Part shown: positions 27,988 to 38,325 of the stretch, piece after piece
How positions within the stretch are numbered: position 1 is the stretch's first letter
Layout of the letters: each line of letters begins with the position of its first letter
IMG/VR virus record: IMGVR_UViG_3300007734_000752
Reading direction: 5' to 3' (one strand)
Length of the DNA stretch: 64,000 bases
DNA from: an uncultured virus (IMG/VR IMGVR_UViG_3300007734_000752)
Taxonomy: Duplodnaviria > Heunggongvirae > Uroviricota > Caudoviricetes
Notes under the pieces: model-generated
The model's input: the letters and a program-made list of their open reading frames with translations, nothing else
Told to the model about the DNA's origin: nothing
Database searches by the model: none
Position numbers and translations under genes: made by a program

Positions 27988-29245
27988 ATCTTGCTCTTAG
28001 TGCGTCAATCTTAACCATATACTGGCCGTGCCGTTCTTCTTCTACTTGATGCTTGCCACCACCGGGTAGTTTATTCTTGGGTATATTGATTGTTCTTAGT
28101 AACGTTTCTTCTGGGGTACTTGGTGTTTGATACTTACCGATAGTAATGATTGCGTCAGCTTCACCTGGCTTGTCTGTTTTAGATCCACGTAGAGAATCCA
28201 TGCCAATAAACGGAGGATCTTTTAATGAGTCTACATTACCGTTTAGTTGACTAGCAGCAATCACAGGGCCGTATTCACGAGCACACTCTCGACCCCATTT
28301 ATAGATACGACCTAACCTAAGATCTTCACGTTCTTCTTTGTGAAACCCTGAGATCTTATCTAAAGTATCAAAGATAATCATTCCTGGATTAACGTCTTTA
28401 AACAAAGCTGTTAGAGTCTTTACGTCGTTAGTATCGCCTTTAGTAATGATTACTTTCTTGGCGTTACCGCCCATGTAAGTAATGTACTCTGCCATCATTT
28501 TGTCTTTGTTTTCAACTAGCTCTTTAGTTGTTTTTCCAAGAGCTGCTTGAACAACTCTGAAGAACACAGCTTCGCTTTCTTCTTCGTTGTTAACCCAAAC
28601 AATAGGACGATCTTTAGGTAGTTGGGGAGCTATGTAGCTAGCTTCACTAGCTAGAAACGTTGTTTTACCAACCTCTACACGAGCAGCAACAATAACAAAG
28701 TTGCCTATACGAAGAAGGCCAAGACTACGGTTAAGAGCCATAAGTCGCCACTCATAGCCAGTAGAAACAATACGATCAACAATAACCCCGATGTCAGGTA
28801 TGACAAACATTTCTTCTTTGTCTACATACCGTTCAACATTACGCAGTGCTTCTACTGTAAGAGAGTTAATGGCTTCTATGTTAGAAGACCCATCTCGAAC
28901 TTTGCCACACTCATCAGCAATTCGAGCAACGTAATCCATTTCGATTAGAGTCTTAATGACCTCATCGTAGGCTAGCGTTGGTGTAAACGTTTCCATCTTC
29001 TTGATTATGTTACGAATTATAGAAATTTTATCAGCAGTTAGACGCATTGCATACGTAGCAAACAAATAACTACTAAATGGTTCCCAAGTGATACTAGTAA
29101 CACCAGGAAAAACTTTATAAAACTCTCCTATTGTTTCGAGGATTGTTACAGTTTCAGATTGTATTACGTGGTTCTTTATGTACGGCCTGTACTTGTCGTA
29201 GTTGTGCTTTGATTCAGCACATAAAAACAGTATGTCAAAGTCCAA
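27980..29245 (-). CDS. DnaB-like SF4 helicase
   Basis: ARVEVGKTT, IIFD, ASQLN, GEADAII. Confidence 0.88.
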   Translation of the reverse strand: MDFDILFLCAESKHNYDKYRPYIKNHVIQSETVTILETIGEFYKVFPGVTSITWEPFSSYLFATYAMRLTADKISIIRNIIKKMETFTPTLAYDEVIKTLIEMDYVARIADECGKVRDGSSNIEAINSLTVEALRNVERYVDKEEMFVIPDIGVIVDRIVSTGYEWRLMALNRSLGLLRIGNFVIVAARVEVGKTTFLASEASYIAPQLPKDRPIVWVNNEEESEAVFFRVVQAALGKTTKELVENKDKMMAEYITYMGGNAKKVIITKGDTNDVKTLTALFKDVNPGMIIFDTLDKISGFHKEEREDLRLGRIYKWGRECAREYGPVIAASQLNGNVDSLKDPPFIGMDSLRGSKTDKPGEADAIITIGKYQTPSTPEETLLRTINIPKNKLPGGGKHQVEEERHGQYMVKIDALRARYE

Positions 29246-30062
29246 GATGTTTCCTCAAGTTGTCTGGAGTTAAATTTTTAGGTTCAGGAACAAGACTGCT
29301 TGTCATGTTTTTAATTTCTATTTGAGATGGTAAGCAAACCAATAGTCTTTGCAGTATTTTTAATGATGCTTTTTGTCCTGGTTCATCTGGATCTAACCAA
29401 ATAATTACTTTTTTAAAATTACTTAGTTTGTTTATTGTTGTGTCTGATATAGATGTTTTTAATAACGCCACTGAAGAATAAGGAGATTCTTTCCATACAC
29501 GATAAGCACTTGTATAGTCTTCAGTAATAGCTATTACATCTCCACCCCTATTCAGCCAAGATACATCTTCATCTGCTTTTCTGTAATATATTGTTTTATA
29601 TTTAGATCTGCTTGGATCAAATGTTCTTAGTTGATAGCCATATTGTTTGTTACCAAAATCAAAAATGGGAAGATAGAGTTGACCACAAAATTCTTTAAAA
29701 TGTTGTTTGTCTTCTTCGGTACTTATTGGGTATATGTGGTGTTTATGTAGCCAGCTAATAATACTAGTACTACATACATCTTTAGGTTTAAAAGTAACCC
29801 CTTCAATAATACGCACTACTTTTGGCATGTCGTCTATTTCGTTAAACAACCACTTCCTGAGCACTGTGCCATCAGTAGAAAGCTCTCGCCAAAACCCATG
29901 ATTAGAACAATGGTGACAGTACGCCACCACTCCTCCAACCACGTGTTTAATATAGAGCCTCTTCTTACGATCTACGCCAGCATCACAGTCTTCATGATCT
30001 ATGTTTATCTGCTCTCCTATAGCTAATTTGCTATAGGATTGCAGTAACTTTTTATCAATCAT
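29235..30062 (-). CDS. DNA primase (zinc finger + TOPRIM)
   Basis: HEDC...CHHC, ITED, WLDPDEPG. Confidence 0.85.
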   Translation of the reverse strand: MIDKKLLQSYSKLAIGEQINIDHEDCDAGVDRKKRLYIKHVVGGVVAYCHHCSNHGFWRELSTDGTVLRKWLFNEIDDMPKVVRIIEGVTFKPKDVCSTSIISWLHKHHIYPISTEEDKQHFKEFCGQLYLPIFDFGNKQYGYQLRTFDPSRSKYKTIYYRKADEDVSWLNRGGDVIAITEDYTSAYRVWKESPYSSVALLKTSISDTTINKLSNFKKVIIWLDPDEPGQKASLKILQRLLVCLPSQIEIKNMTSSLVPEPKNLTPDNLRKHLGL

Positions 30063-31192
30063 TAGGACGTTTTAGTGCCGTAGATTTTACGGAAAAGTTC
30101 TTTAGAGACTTTTTGTTGTGTTTCAGTAAGCTTGTTTGTGTAAGAAAGATCAATAGCAGTAGTTAGGGCATAGCCATATACGTATTTCTTACAGATTGCT
30201 TGAAGTGCTCTGGGGGACATTGTGAGTGTAAATTGCCCAGAAGAATATCCCTGACGAATTAGATTGGCAAACTTAACCAAGTTCTTGATCCAGTCGCTAG
30301 GAATACTTGAAAACTTACCACTGAGCATCTTACATTCAACAGCTTCAGGCATGTAACTCATTTTTACTGTGGTTCCAAACCGATCTAACGTAGCTGTATT
30401 CTGTACGTTTGTGCCACTATGAGCACCTGTATCATCGCCTTGTCCTTGTGTATTACCAAGAGCAACAATGCGAAACCTGTTCTCAGGCGTAATAAACTTC
30501 TCAGCAGATGTTCCAGGCATCTCTTTAAGGAACAACTTACCTTTCTCTTCCAGAAGCCACTGGAGACCCATGCTGATCTCAGAAGGGGTAACGTCCCACT
30601 CATCCCAAGCAAACACGGCTCCGTAGCGTACAGCCTCTGTCAGAGTGCCATCTACCCAGTAAGTAGAACCATCTTTAGCTTGTTGCTGCCCAAAGATCAT
30701 TGAGCTGTCCATATCGCCTGTGCAGTTCAACCGAAAGAACGGGCGACAGGTATAAGCACAAAGCTGTTCAATGCAAGAACTCTTACCTGCTGCTGTTGGG
30801 CCGTACACTAGCACTTTATCGTTGTTTTCCCAAGCTAGCAGAATGTCTTTGGTAACTGTTGCATTAAGAACATAGTCGGGGTCTACGTCTGGAATGAAAG
30901 CTCGAATACGTTCATCCCAATCTTCCGGCTTATACACAGCAACTGGAAAACTAGAATCAAAAGTAAGTAATGGAAACAACTTCTTTGCATCTACATGTTT
31001 TTCACTAACATGAAACTCAGGTGTTACTGTAGTAACTTTTTTAGTTGGTACTGCTTCAGGCGAAGACAAATCAAGCGGATCATCCTCAAATACAGGAGTA
31101 GTGGCTTTCTCTGTTAATGTACGTTTGGTTAGAGCATCTTTGATAGCATCTTTAACCAAATCTTCAACAGGTTTAACTAAAAGGCTAGTCAT
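30062..31192 (-). CDS. CobS/MoxR-like AAA+ ATPase
   Basis: GPTAAGKS, WDEWD, ATLDRF, MSPR. Confidence 0.88.
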   Translation of the reverse strand: MTSLLVKPVEDLVKDAIKDALTKRTLTEKATTPVFEDDPLDLSSPEAVPTKKVTTVTPEFHVSEKHVDAKKLFPLLTFDSSFPVAVYKPEDWDERIRAFIPDVDPDYVLNATVTKDILLAWENNDKVLVYGPTAAGKSSCIEQLCAYTCRPFFRLNCTGDMDSSMIFGQQQAKDGSTYWVDGTLTEAVRYGAVFAWDEWDVTPSEISMGLQWLLEEKGKLFLKEMPGTSAEKFITPENRFRIVALGNTQGQGDDTGAHSGTNVQNTATLDRFGTTVKMSYMPEAVECKMLSGKFSSIPSDWIKNLVKFANLIRQGYSSGQFTLTMSPRALQAICKKYVYGYALTTAIDLSYTNKLTETQQKVSKELFRKIYGTKTS

Positions 31193-33071
31193 TTAGTAAT
31201 TTCCTCTCTATAAGTTCAAGTAACTTGGTGGGTATTTCTTCTGGCGTATTCACTGTAGAACAGTGTTTGTAATACCTAAATACTGACTCATCACACAAAC
31301 CTAAACCATATATCTCAACTCGTTTGTTTTTTTCTATCTCTTGTATTACTTGTTTTGTATACGGTGCTAAACCACTACAATGACGACTTGCAGAAGGTTG
31401 CCCGTCAGACATTACAATTAACAACCGTTTCTTTTCTTTGCGCCTAACAAGTCTGTCGTATGCCCAAAGAATTGAATCACCATCGGGATTGCCTGTCATA
31501 TGCGCTGAACTTGCACCTATGTTTTTAATTAAGTCTTCTTTAGATACTCTTAGAGCTGCAAAAGATTTATAAACATAGCTAATTGGATGAAACATATCAG
31601 TGCTGCCTGAGTGCATATCAGTAAAACCAAGAATCTCAACAGGGACTTTAAGAACATTAAATACTTCATTAAGAAGAACAGCAGCTTCACAAGCAAATAA
31701 CACCTTATCTCCAGCCATACTTCCTGACATATCAATTAACACAGTTACAGAAGCATCAAGAACAGTATTAGTAACTTTCTTTTTAAATATGCGTTCAGAA
31801 AATCCAGGCACTTTAAGTGCCAATCTAGCTAACCTTGCGTAGTCCATTTTGCCTTGCTTGGTGCCATACTCATACTGGCTTTTTGCTCGTATTTGGATTA
31901 ACCGACGTACTTGTTGAGCAAAATTATCAATACGGGCTACTTTACTTTCAACTCTATCGTTAAAATTTCTAATAAAAAACTTAGCACATCCTGTTTCTTT
32001 GTTTAGAAGCCCTACTACTTTGCCGGTTGTAGTGGTATCTTTTATATAATCAACAACTTCAAAGTCATCAACTGAGGCAGAAGGCCACTCATCTGATATG
32101 CCTGATTCATCTATGGCATAAAGAAGACCAGTCTTATTCATGCGTTCTTCATTTACTGTGTCGTGTGTAGATACAAGTTTTGTGTCTACGTCTTTAATTT
32201 CTACACGAATAATTTTCCACTCATCTTCAGTGATTTTCTTAGGCTCATCGCTTGATTTAGCAGTTTCAGGTTTACCTAAACTTTCTTCTTCTGGGCCTTT
32301 TTTGTCAGTTATTGCTGGTTTTTCTACTGGTTTGTCGTCTTCTGTTTTTGTTTCTGTTGGTTTCTCCTTCGGAGATTCTTTTTCTTCTTTTTCAGGTGGT
32401 TTGGGAGATTCCTTAACTCGTTTCTCCTCACCGTCAGGATCGCCTCCTAAAGCCCTAAAGATGTCTTTGGCTAGGTCATAGGTCATTGCTGACCCTATCT
32501 TCTTTCTAGGCTCTTCCTGAGCGTCCAGGAGCCTATTTGAAAAGGGTTCTAGAGTTTTATCTATCTCCTCATTAGTTTTAAACCTACTTCCAGACAGCTC
32601 ACACTGAGGAAACAACCTAGAACTAATTCTGGTATCCCACTTAATAAGGGATTTGATGATTTTGTTTAAAGGACTAGCTTCTTCTTCTGTTTTTCCCCGT
32701 ATTTTGTCAAGTATGAGAGGACAAGACTTATCCCAAAGCTCCCTAAACCCTTCATATTCAGTTGCTTCCAAGGCGTTAACCCTAGAATCTTCTAGAATAT
32801 TCCAGATAAAACCAAGAGGGCTTGTATCAGCACTTATTTTCTTTTCTCGAAGAATCCCAAAGTCTGAATACAGATCATGAGCTACTTCGTGATCTGTACT
32901 AGCCATGATGTCGTCTAACTGCTCTTGGGTTGTGTGCAAAGTAATTCTTGGCAAGTAGATTGTTTCTCCATCGTGCCTTGGTTGGCACTTATCTTCAAAT
33001 ACAACTCGGAGATTTGCTCTGCCTGCTGAAGCTTTTACGTACCTAGCTACGTCTAAGCCCTGAAGTAACAT
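31185..33071 (-). CDS. CobT-like protein: N-terminal HExxH domain and C-terminal vWA
   Basis: DHEVAH, NILEDSR, MIDAS DMSGSM, MSDGQP. Confidence 0.85.
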   Translation of the reverse strand: MLLQGLDVARYVKASAGRANLRVVFEDKCQPRHDGETIYLPRITLHTTQEQLDDIMASTDHEVAHDLYSDFGILREKKISADTSPLGFIWNILEDSRVNALEATEYEGFRELWDKSCPLILDKIRGKTEEEASPLNKIIKSLIKWDTRISSRLFPQCELSGSRFKTNEEIDKTLEPFSNRLLDAQEEPRKKIGSAMTYDLAKDIFRALGGDPDGEEKRVKESPKPPEKEEKESPKEKPTETKTEDDKPVEKPAITDKKGPEEESLGKPETAKSSDEPKKITEDEWKIIRVEIKDVDTKLVSTHDTVNEERMNKTGLLYAIDESGISDEWPSASVDDFEVVDYIKDTTTTGKVVGLLNKETGCAKFFIRNFNDRVESKVARIDNFAQQVRRLIQIRAKSQYEYGTKQGKMDYARLARLALKVPGFSERIFKKKVTNTVLDASVTVLIDMSGSMAGDKVLFACEAAVLLNEVFNVLKVPVEILGFTDMHSGSTDMFHPISYVYKSFAALRVSKEDLIKNIGASSAHMTGNPDGDSILWAYDRLVRRKEKKRLLIVMSDGQPSASRHCSGLAPYTKQVIQEIEKNKRVEIYGLGLCDESVFRYYKHCSTVNTPEEIPTKLLELIERKLLND

Positions 33072-33082
33072 AATTTAGGTTC

Positions 33083-33550
33083 CTATGTAAGTGAACACGA
33101 TTTAAGTTCATCCCGCATAATTACTAAGTGCGCTTCAACAGCTTCACGCTCTGCTGGAGTTAGTTTTTTAATGTTATTAATAACAATTAAACAAGATGCT
33201 TGAACTTTTTTAAATAGATTTACATCTGTTGGGCTTTTAAGGTGCTTAAGCAATACTTGAATATGGCTCTTACCTAGTATTTCTCCGTTAACCCCAGTAA
33301 GAGAGATGCTTTCCTTTAAAGCAGAAAGCACAACGCTTTTGGCAGATCTCCAAGGACTAGGCATTGAGCTAATTTTGTATTCGCTTTTAATCAGTTTTTC
33401 AATTTCTTTGAGTTCTTTTTGAAAGCTGCTATATTCAGGATTACCAAAGCTGGCTGTAACCATCTTTGTCCAACAGTTATCGCTACTAGCGTCTGAAGCT
33501 AGGCTGTTTGTTGCTGCGTCATATAACAACGACTCATGTAATACACTCAT
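33083..33550 (-). CDS. Hypothetical protein
   Basis: Operon position, RBS. Confidence 0.6.
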   Translation of the reverse strand: MSVLHESLLYDAATNSLASDASSDNCWTKMVTASFGNPEYSSFQKELKEIEKLIKSEYKISSMPSPWRSAKSVVLSALKESISLTGVNGEILGKSHIQVLLKHLKSPTDVNLFKKVQASCLIVINNIKKLTPAEREAVEAHLVIMRDELKSCSLT

Positions 33551-33552
33551 GG

Positions 33553-35966
33553 TTAATGTCCTTTAAGGTGATGGGTAAGACCTAAGACACTTGCTAAAAA
33601 CAGAGCGTCATGTTGTGTGCCCATTCCTTGGGCTATACGGGCAAGACACTCTAAACAACGTTGTTCTAGTTCTTGTTGATCCTGGGCTTGTTGTTGGTTT
33701 TCGTAGTCATCGTTAAATTCAGGTAAGTTGCTCTCGTTCACTTTGGTTCTCCTTTACCTAGGTTTGCTACAAGCACTTCTTCAACGCGGCAGTCAGTCGC
33801 TCAATTCGCTGAACGTTGTACAACACAATCGATTCTGCGTAATCCCGCGCAGTCTCTGCCAGCAGCAAGTCCCGCCTCGCCGCGTCCAATTCCCTCGCCA
33901 TCAGTTCTTCGCAAGTTGCGGGGACGTATATTTTTTTTATCCAGCTAATGAATTTCATGTGTTCTCCTTAATCTCTTTGTCGATGGCGGCATCAAGTGCA
34001 TCACCCGCCAGCACGTTACCCTCGTTCACAGAATCACTAACGCCATCGTCGTTGACATTGCAAGTCCACACGTTTACTTCTATGCGCGGGGTGGTGCAAT
34101 CTTCTACAGGTCTTGCTTTAAGCCACTGATACCTTTTTGCATCGCGTTCAAACTTCAAATAGTTTTCAACCATTGGATGAAGCCCTTGCTTTGTAACGCG
34201 GTATTTATTAAATACTTTTTCTAAATTAGTCATCTTGCCTCCTTTTTACTGCGTTCGTGCCACTCGTGGACTAGCTGTTTGTGAGTTGCGCTTGGTTGCA
34301 TCCTGCCTTTATCGCACATGCCGTTGAGCCAGCCGTGGTAGTAATCGGTATTCTTTTCGACCGATGGCTCGTGACCGTCGCCGTTAAATCCAGCAAAATA
34401 GCCTGACACCAAATCCCGACTATCAAGATTGTCTAAAGTGATTAAATCAGCAATAGGCTCTCTGTCCATTGTTCATTTCCTCAGTGTTGTAAATATTGCC
34501 CAGAGCATGATAGCGCCGACAATCAGTAGGGCGATTGCTGGTGAAAACTCTACGAGAAGGTCAATCATTTTTCTCTCCTATCCCATGATGCCGTTCAATC
34601 TTACGGATGTCCTCCATACAACAATCTCTTTCCAGATCAAGCGCTCTTAATTCTTCCAACGTCAGCGGACTCGGTATCTTGTGCGTAAGGTTTTGAACAT
34701 CGCTACACATGACCTTGACCGCGTTGAACCCCTCAGTATCATTTCTATCCGCAAGGTCATACGCTACCTGCATGATTCGTATTCTTATCGGTTCAAACTC
34801 TTCGTTTGTCATGTGTTCTTCTCCTTCAGCAACAATTTAATATGCGATACGGAGGAATGACCTTCGTTTGTCCCAAGTGCATCGCTAATTTCGTGAAGTT
34901 CATTTAGTTGCGCCGCGCTCTCGCTCCTCAACTTTTTCACCTCCAGCAAAGCACACTCGTAGTGCTTCGGCCCGGCGTCGTAGCATCCTACATAATGTGT
35001 TGTTGTCATACATCCTCCGCCCGCGCCGCATTGCGCTCCATCTGCTTAATATCTTTCGGCGGCAGCACATTAGCCCCCTGCGCGACCATGCGCTTGTATT
35101 CCGTTTTGCTGTGCGCTTGAACGGGTAGCGACTTAATATACTCATCCATTTCGAGTACGCCATTTCGCAGCGTTTTAACTCCTACTGGCGATACCCGTGC
35201 CTCTTGATCTAGTGAGTTTATCGCTAACAGCACTGCGTCGGCGCGATACTGGAATTTGCTCATGTTTTCTCCTCAATAAGCTCCAACAGGTGTGCGGCAA
35301 GGTCTTTTATCTGCTGCTCGTGCTTTAGCACCAGCGCAGCCATGTCGTTGTGGCTCAACATCATTGCATCCAGTGGTTTTAATATTTCTTTAATCTCAAG
35401 GCCGTCAGCATAGTTCTGCTGGGGCCAACAATTTAGGCCGCGCTTGAGACAAGCTATGACTGCTGGTGTTAATTTAATTTCCATTTGTCGCCTTCAGTAT
35501 TTTTGGGGTTTTAACCATGTCTAATCCGTCCTTCTTTTATGCCCTGCTCATACAAGGCACGTAGGTTAAAAACAACTATGCGTGATAGGCCCTTTGCACG
35601 TATTTCGACCACCTCATCCTTTAGGGTTATGACAAGATGCCGTTTACCGTTGTCCATCGTAAACGCTTGAACCTCCCGCGTTACTTCTGATTTAAGTTTT
35701 GTAGTCATCGTCATTCATTTTTCACTACATGTATTTGTGGTGACAACGCATCCATAAAAGTCATTTTATTTTTCCTCCACTGTTACAGTATATTTTTTGC
35801 CAAAACAATCTTTGACCTTGATAGTTTTTTTGGTGGATTGAAAACTTCCTTCATTGGTTAAATCCAACTCAGGGTGGCTAACGCTAGACAGCAGATGATC
35901 TGTATCGTTAGCTTTGAGAGTGCTTACAATCACGTGAGCAATGTAGTCGCAATAAACCAGGTTCAT
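33553..35966 (-). other. Cluster of about 11 short, coupled hypothetical early ORFs (33553-33741, 33767-33958, 33955-34233, 34230-34469, 34561-34812, 34809-35009, 35006-35263, 35260-35484, 35511-35714, 35766-35966)
   Basis: Overlapping ATGA stop/start junctions and GGAG RBSs. Confidence 0.65.
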
Positions 35967-36078
35967 ATTGAGCTATTCCTTTGTAACATATTGATTTAAA
36001 TGTGAGCAACCATTACATAAACAATGATAATTAAATCTCAATTGCATCCTAGTTATTCAAGGACGCAATTAAAAGTAA

Positions 36079-36300
36079 TTACTCTTTAGTAGTAAAGTAA
36101 TCAGCAAACCTGTGATACACGTTGTTAAAAGCAAGCTGAGCATCAATTGGAGTTTCAAAAGCCATATGAGGCTCTTCCATTTCATTAGTCAAAGCAACCA
36201 TTTCTTCGTTAGCAGCAATCTCATCTTCCTCAACGATGATTGTTTCTACTACATCATCAAACTCTTGCGATACGATAAAGTCATATTTGATACGTGCCAT
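36079..36300 (-). CDS. Acidic hypothetical early protein
   Basis: AGGAG RBS; very Asp/Glu-rich. Confidence 0.55.
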   Translation of the reverse strand: MARIKYDFIVSQEFDDVVETIIVEEDEIAANEEMVALTNEMEEPHMAFETPIDAQLAFNNVYHRFADYFTTKE

Positions 36301-36431
36301 TGTAGTTCTCCTAGTTATTTATATATAAGAACGAGAGCGACGAGCCGCCTCTCACCCCCGCAGGGGGCGGCGAGGAAGCTCTCGATTTATTATTTTTGTT
36401 ATTAGTAACAAGCAAGCCGCAGGCCACAGCT

Positions 36432-36614
36432 TTATCGTGGCCTAGGCTTGCCGCTGTTAGCTTTAGTTGATGGTTCTATTATTGTTGCAGACATAATTAG
36501 TGCTCTTTCCACACGTTCTTTTATTAGTTGTTTTGGTAAATCTTTTTCTAAAGCATCTAATAAAGTATTTTGCATTACTATAAATGCACCTTTTTCTCGT
36601 TTATTCATTGTCAT
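36432..36614 (-). CDS. Hypothetical protein
   Basis: GGAGG RBS, coupled. Confidence 0.5.
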   Translation of the reverse strand: MTMNKREKGAFIVMQNTLLDALEKDLPKQLIKERVERALIMSATIIEPSTKANSGKPRPR

Positions 36615-36829
36615 CTAACAAGTCCTCCTTTGTTGTTGATTCCTTTTAGATCGCTAAGGTTGGTAATAAGTGTGTAGTTTGATTTATGAAGAGGTGCTAT
36701 ACACCAGCGCTCTCTGATCTTTTTGGCATCTATGTCTCCACAATAGATACAGCTTTTGTATCCAAGAGCTTGTCTATCTGGGTTAACTTCTAACCCACAG
36801 TGGATACAGTCAATCATGTTGGCTTTCAC
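36611..36829 (-). CDS. C4 zinc-finger protein, DksA/TraR-finger-like
   Basis: CIHCGLEVNPDRQALGYKSCIYC. Confidence 0.55.
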   Translation of the reverse strand: MKANMIDCIHCGLEVNPDRQALGYKSCIYCGDIDAKKIRERWCIAPLHKSNYTLITNLSDLKGINNKGGLVR

Positions 36830-36964
36830 ATTCTGTGTCAGTCATACAACCAAGATCATTAGCCAGATAAGTGTGTATTACCAAAGCACCAAAGATAACC
36901 AAGATGATTGCGTTAAGAATCATTACTTTGTGGATAAATTTCATGTGTGAGTAGCCTTTAATAG

Positions 36965-37276
36965 TTAAGAGATAGGGTATTTAGGATCTAGTTTATTGTC
37001 CCAACGATTTTCGTATCGTCCTTTCCAAGCTCTACCTGGCTCCGCTTGAAAGTCGCTGTTACTAGTAACAAGTTCAAACAAGTGTTCGTAATCACATTGT
37101 TTGTACGAGGTACCGTAGAACTGCATGTACTCTTTTACTTGCTCACGAGTAAGAGCATGTTCTACTACCCGCACTCCGTTATTGAAGAGGAAGTCAGATA
37201 CTCCGTGGGCAGCTATGTTTGCTGCCATGAGCATCCCTTCTTTGGGATCTTTGTAGCTGATGATGTTGTAGAGCAT
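36965..37276 (-). CDS. Hypothetical early protein
   Basis: GGAG RBS. Confidence 0.6.
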   Translation of the reverse strand: MLYNIISYKDPKEGMLMAANIAAHGVSDFLFNNGVRVVEHALTREQVKEYMQFYGTSYKQCDYEHLFELVTSNSDFQAEPGRAWKGRYENRWDNKLDPKYPIS

Positions 37277-37290
37277 TGTTGGTCTCCAAT

Positions 37291-37320
37291 AAAAAAAAAG
37301 AAAAGGGAGCCGAAGCTCCC
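37291..37320 (-). terminator. Intrinsic terminator with a UUCG loop
   Basis: Minus strand GGGAGC-TTCG-GCTCCC followed by TTTTCTTTTTTTTT. Confidence 0.85.
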
Positions 37321-37337
37321 CTTTCGGGGATTACCCT

Positions 37338-37571
37338 TTACTCGACTCGCTTGGCACGCTCCGCAGCTTGTGCCTTACCTTTCTCTTTGATCTCCACCAA
37401 CTCGTTTATAACGCCCTTAAGATCCATGCCGAGGGGATTGTCGTAACGATACATCACGTAATCAACATCCTTCAGCAGCCCAAGCGCTAAGTGAAGCTTC
37501 AACCCAGATCCAGCTTCCCGTGTCATATTGTTGAATGCTTTGAAGTCAAAGTTGTTTTGATTAGCAGCCAT
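37338..37571 (-). CDS. Hypothetical first early protein (start MAANQNN)
   Basis: GGAG RBS before the ATG at 37571. Confidence 0.6.
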   Translation of the reverse strand: MAANQNNFDFKAFNNMTREAGSGLKLHLALGLLKDVDYVMYRYDNPLGMDLKGVINELVEIKEKGKAQAAERAKRVE

Positions 37572-37603
37572 TTTGTTTCTCCGTTTGTTTATGTTTCTTG
37601 AGG

Positions 37604-37948
37604 GAAGCCCCCTCGCAGAAAGCCCCCCAACACACACCGCCGAAGCTACGGAAAGAAGCCCTTATCACGGCAGGCAGACATGCCTTGCGGGGTTTCGAGA
37701 CCGAGATATACCGGAGGACACGAAGGCGGGACGGTGCCGACGAAGGAGGACACCGCCAGCCGTAGTGCCGGAGGATATGCTCTCGGTTGAGCCGCTAGGC
37801 GATGGCTGCGTGCAAGCCTACGTAGTTGCGCCTAGCCCTCGCCAAGCGAAGCGCAGGACGAGGGGTTGGACGCGTAGGCTGGTGTGATTCCCCAGCAGGT
37901 CTTACGAAGTACGGCTATCACCCGACTGGGGGGGGCTGCGGGGGCTTC
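37604..37948 (+). ncRNA. Candidate multi-helix structured RNA of about 345 nt (or ssDNA structure)
   Basis: GC-rich island closed by a long-range stem, with nested helices, two GAA/GUA internal loops and G-U pairs on the + strand. Confidence 0.55.
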
Positions 37949-38325
37949 AATCAAGATACGTAAACGTTAAACGGGGATACAAAATGTTTGGCTGGTAATC
38001 AAATACAACACCGACTACAAAGCCCCCAATTATGTGACTGGGGGAATGCAGGTTCTGGTCGTATGAAAGCTGAACAAGCATTGGGCTACTGAGGGAACGT
38101 TGACGAAGCGATGTGTCAATACGACTCCCAAGGCTTGAATCACCAGGAAGCGTTATAAGGGGTCTGGAGGAATCAATAGGGATAGGTGATGGCTCACCCA
38201 GGGGCATTGCCTAGCAGTCGCAAGCAGGCCATCCCTGATGGGGTACAAGGCCATGTCTGTGTAGGGATAGTAGATGCTAGTCTATGGGGTAACAGATGGA
38301 TAGTTAGTGGGAGTAATAGATAAGG

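Noticed and set aside
37056..37071. LexA SOS box, matS or parS identity for the dispersed palindrome
   Set aside because: Copies lack the full CTGT-N8-ACAG ends while conserving the inner bases. Arm spacing is one base shorter than matS and two shorter than parS.
37573..38207. ORFs 37573..37887 (+) and 37947..38207 (-) as real genes
   Set aside because: No convincing RBS and atypical composition. The first coincides with the structured element.
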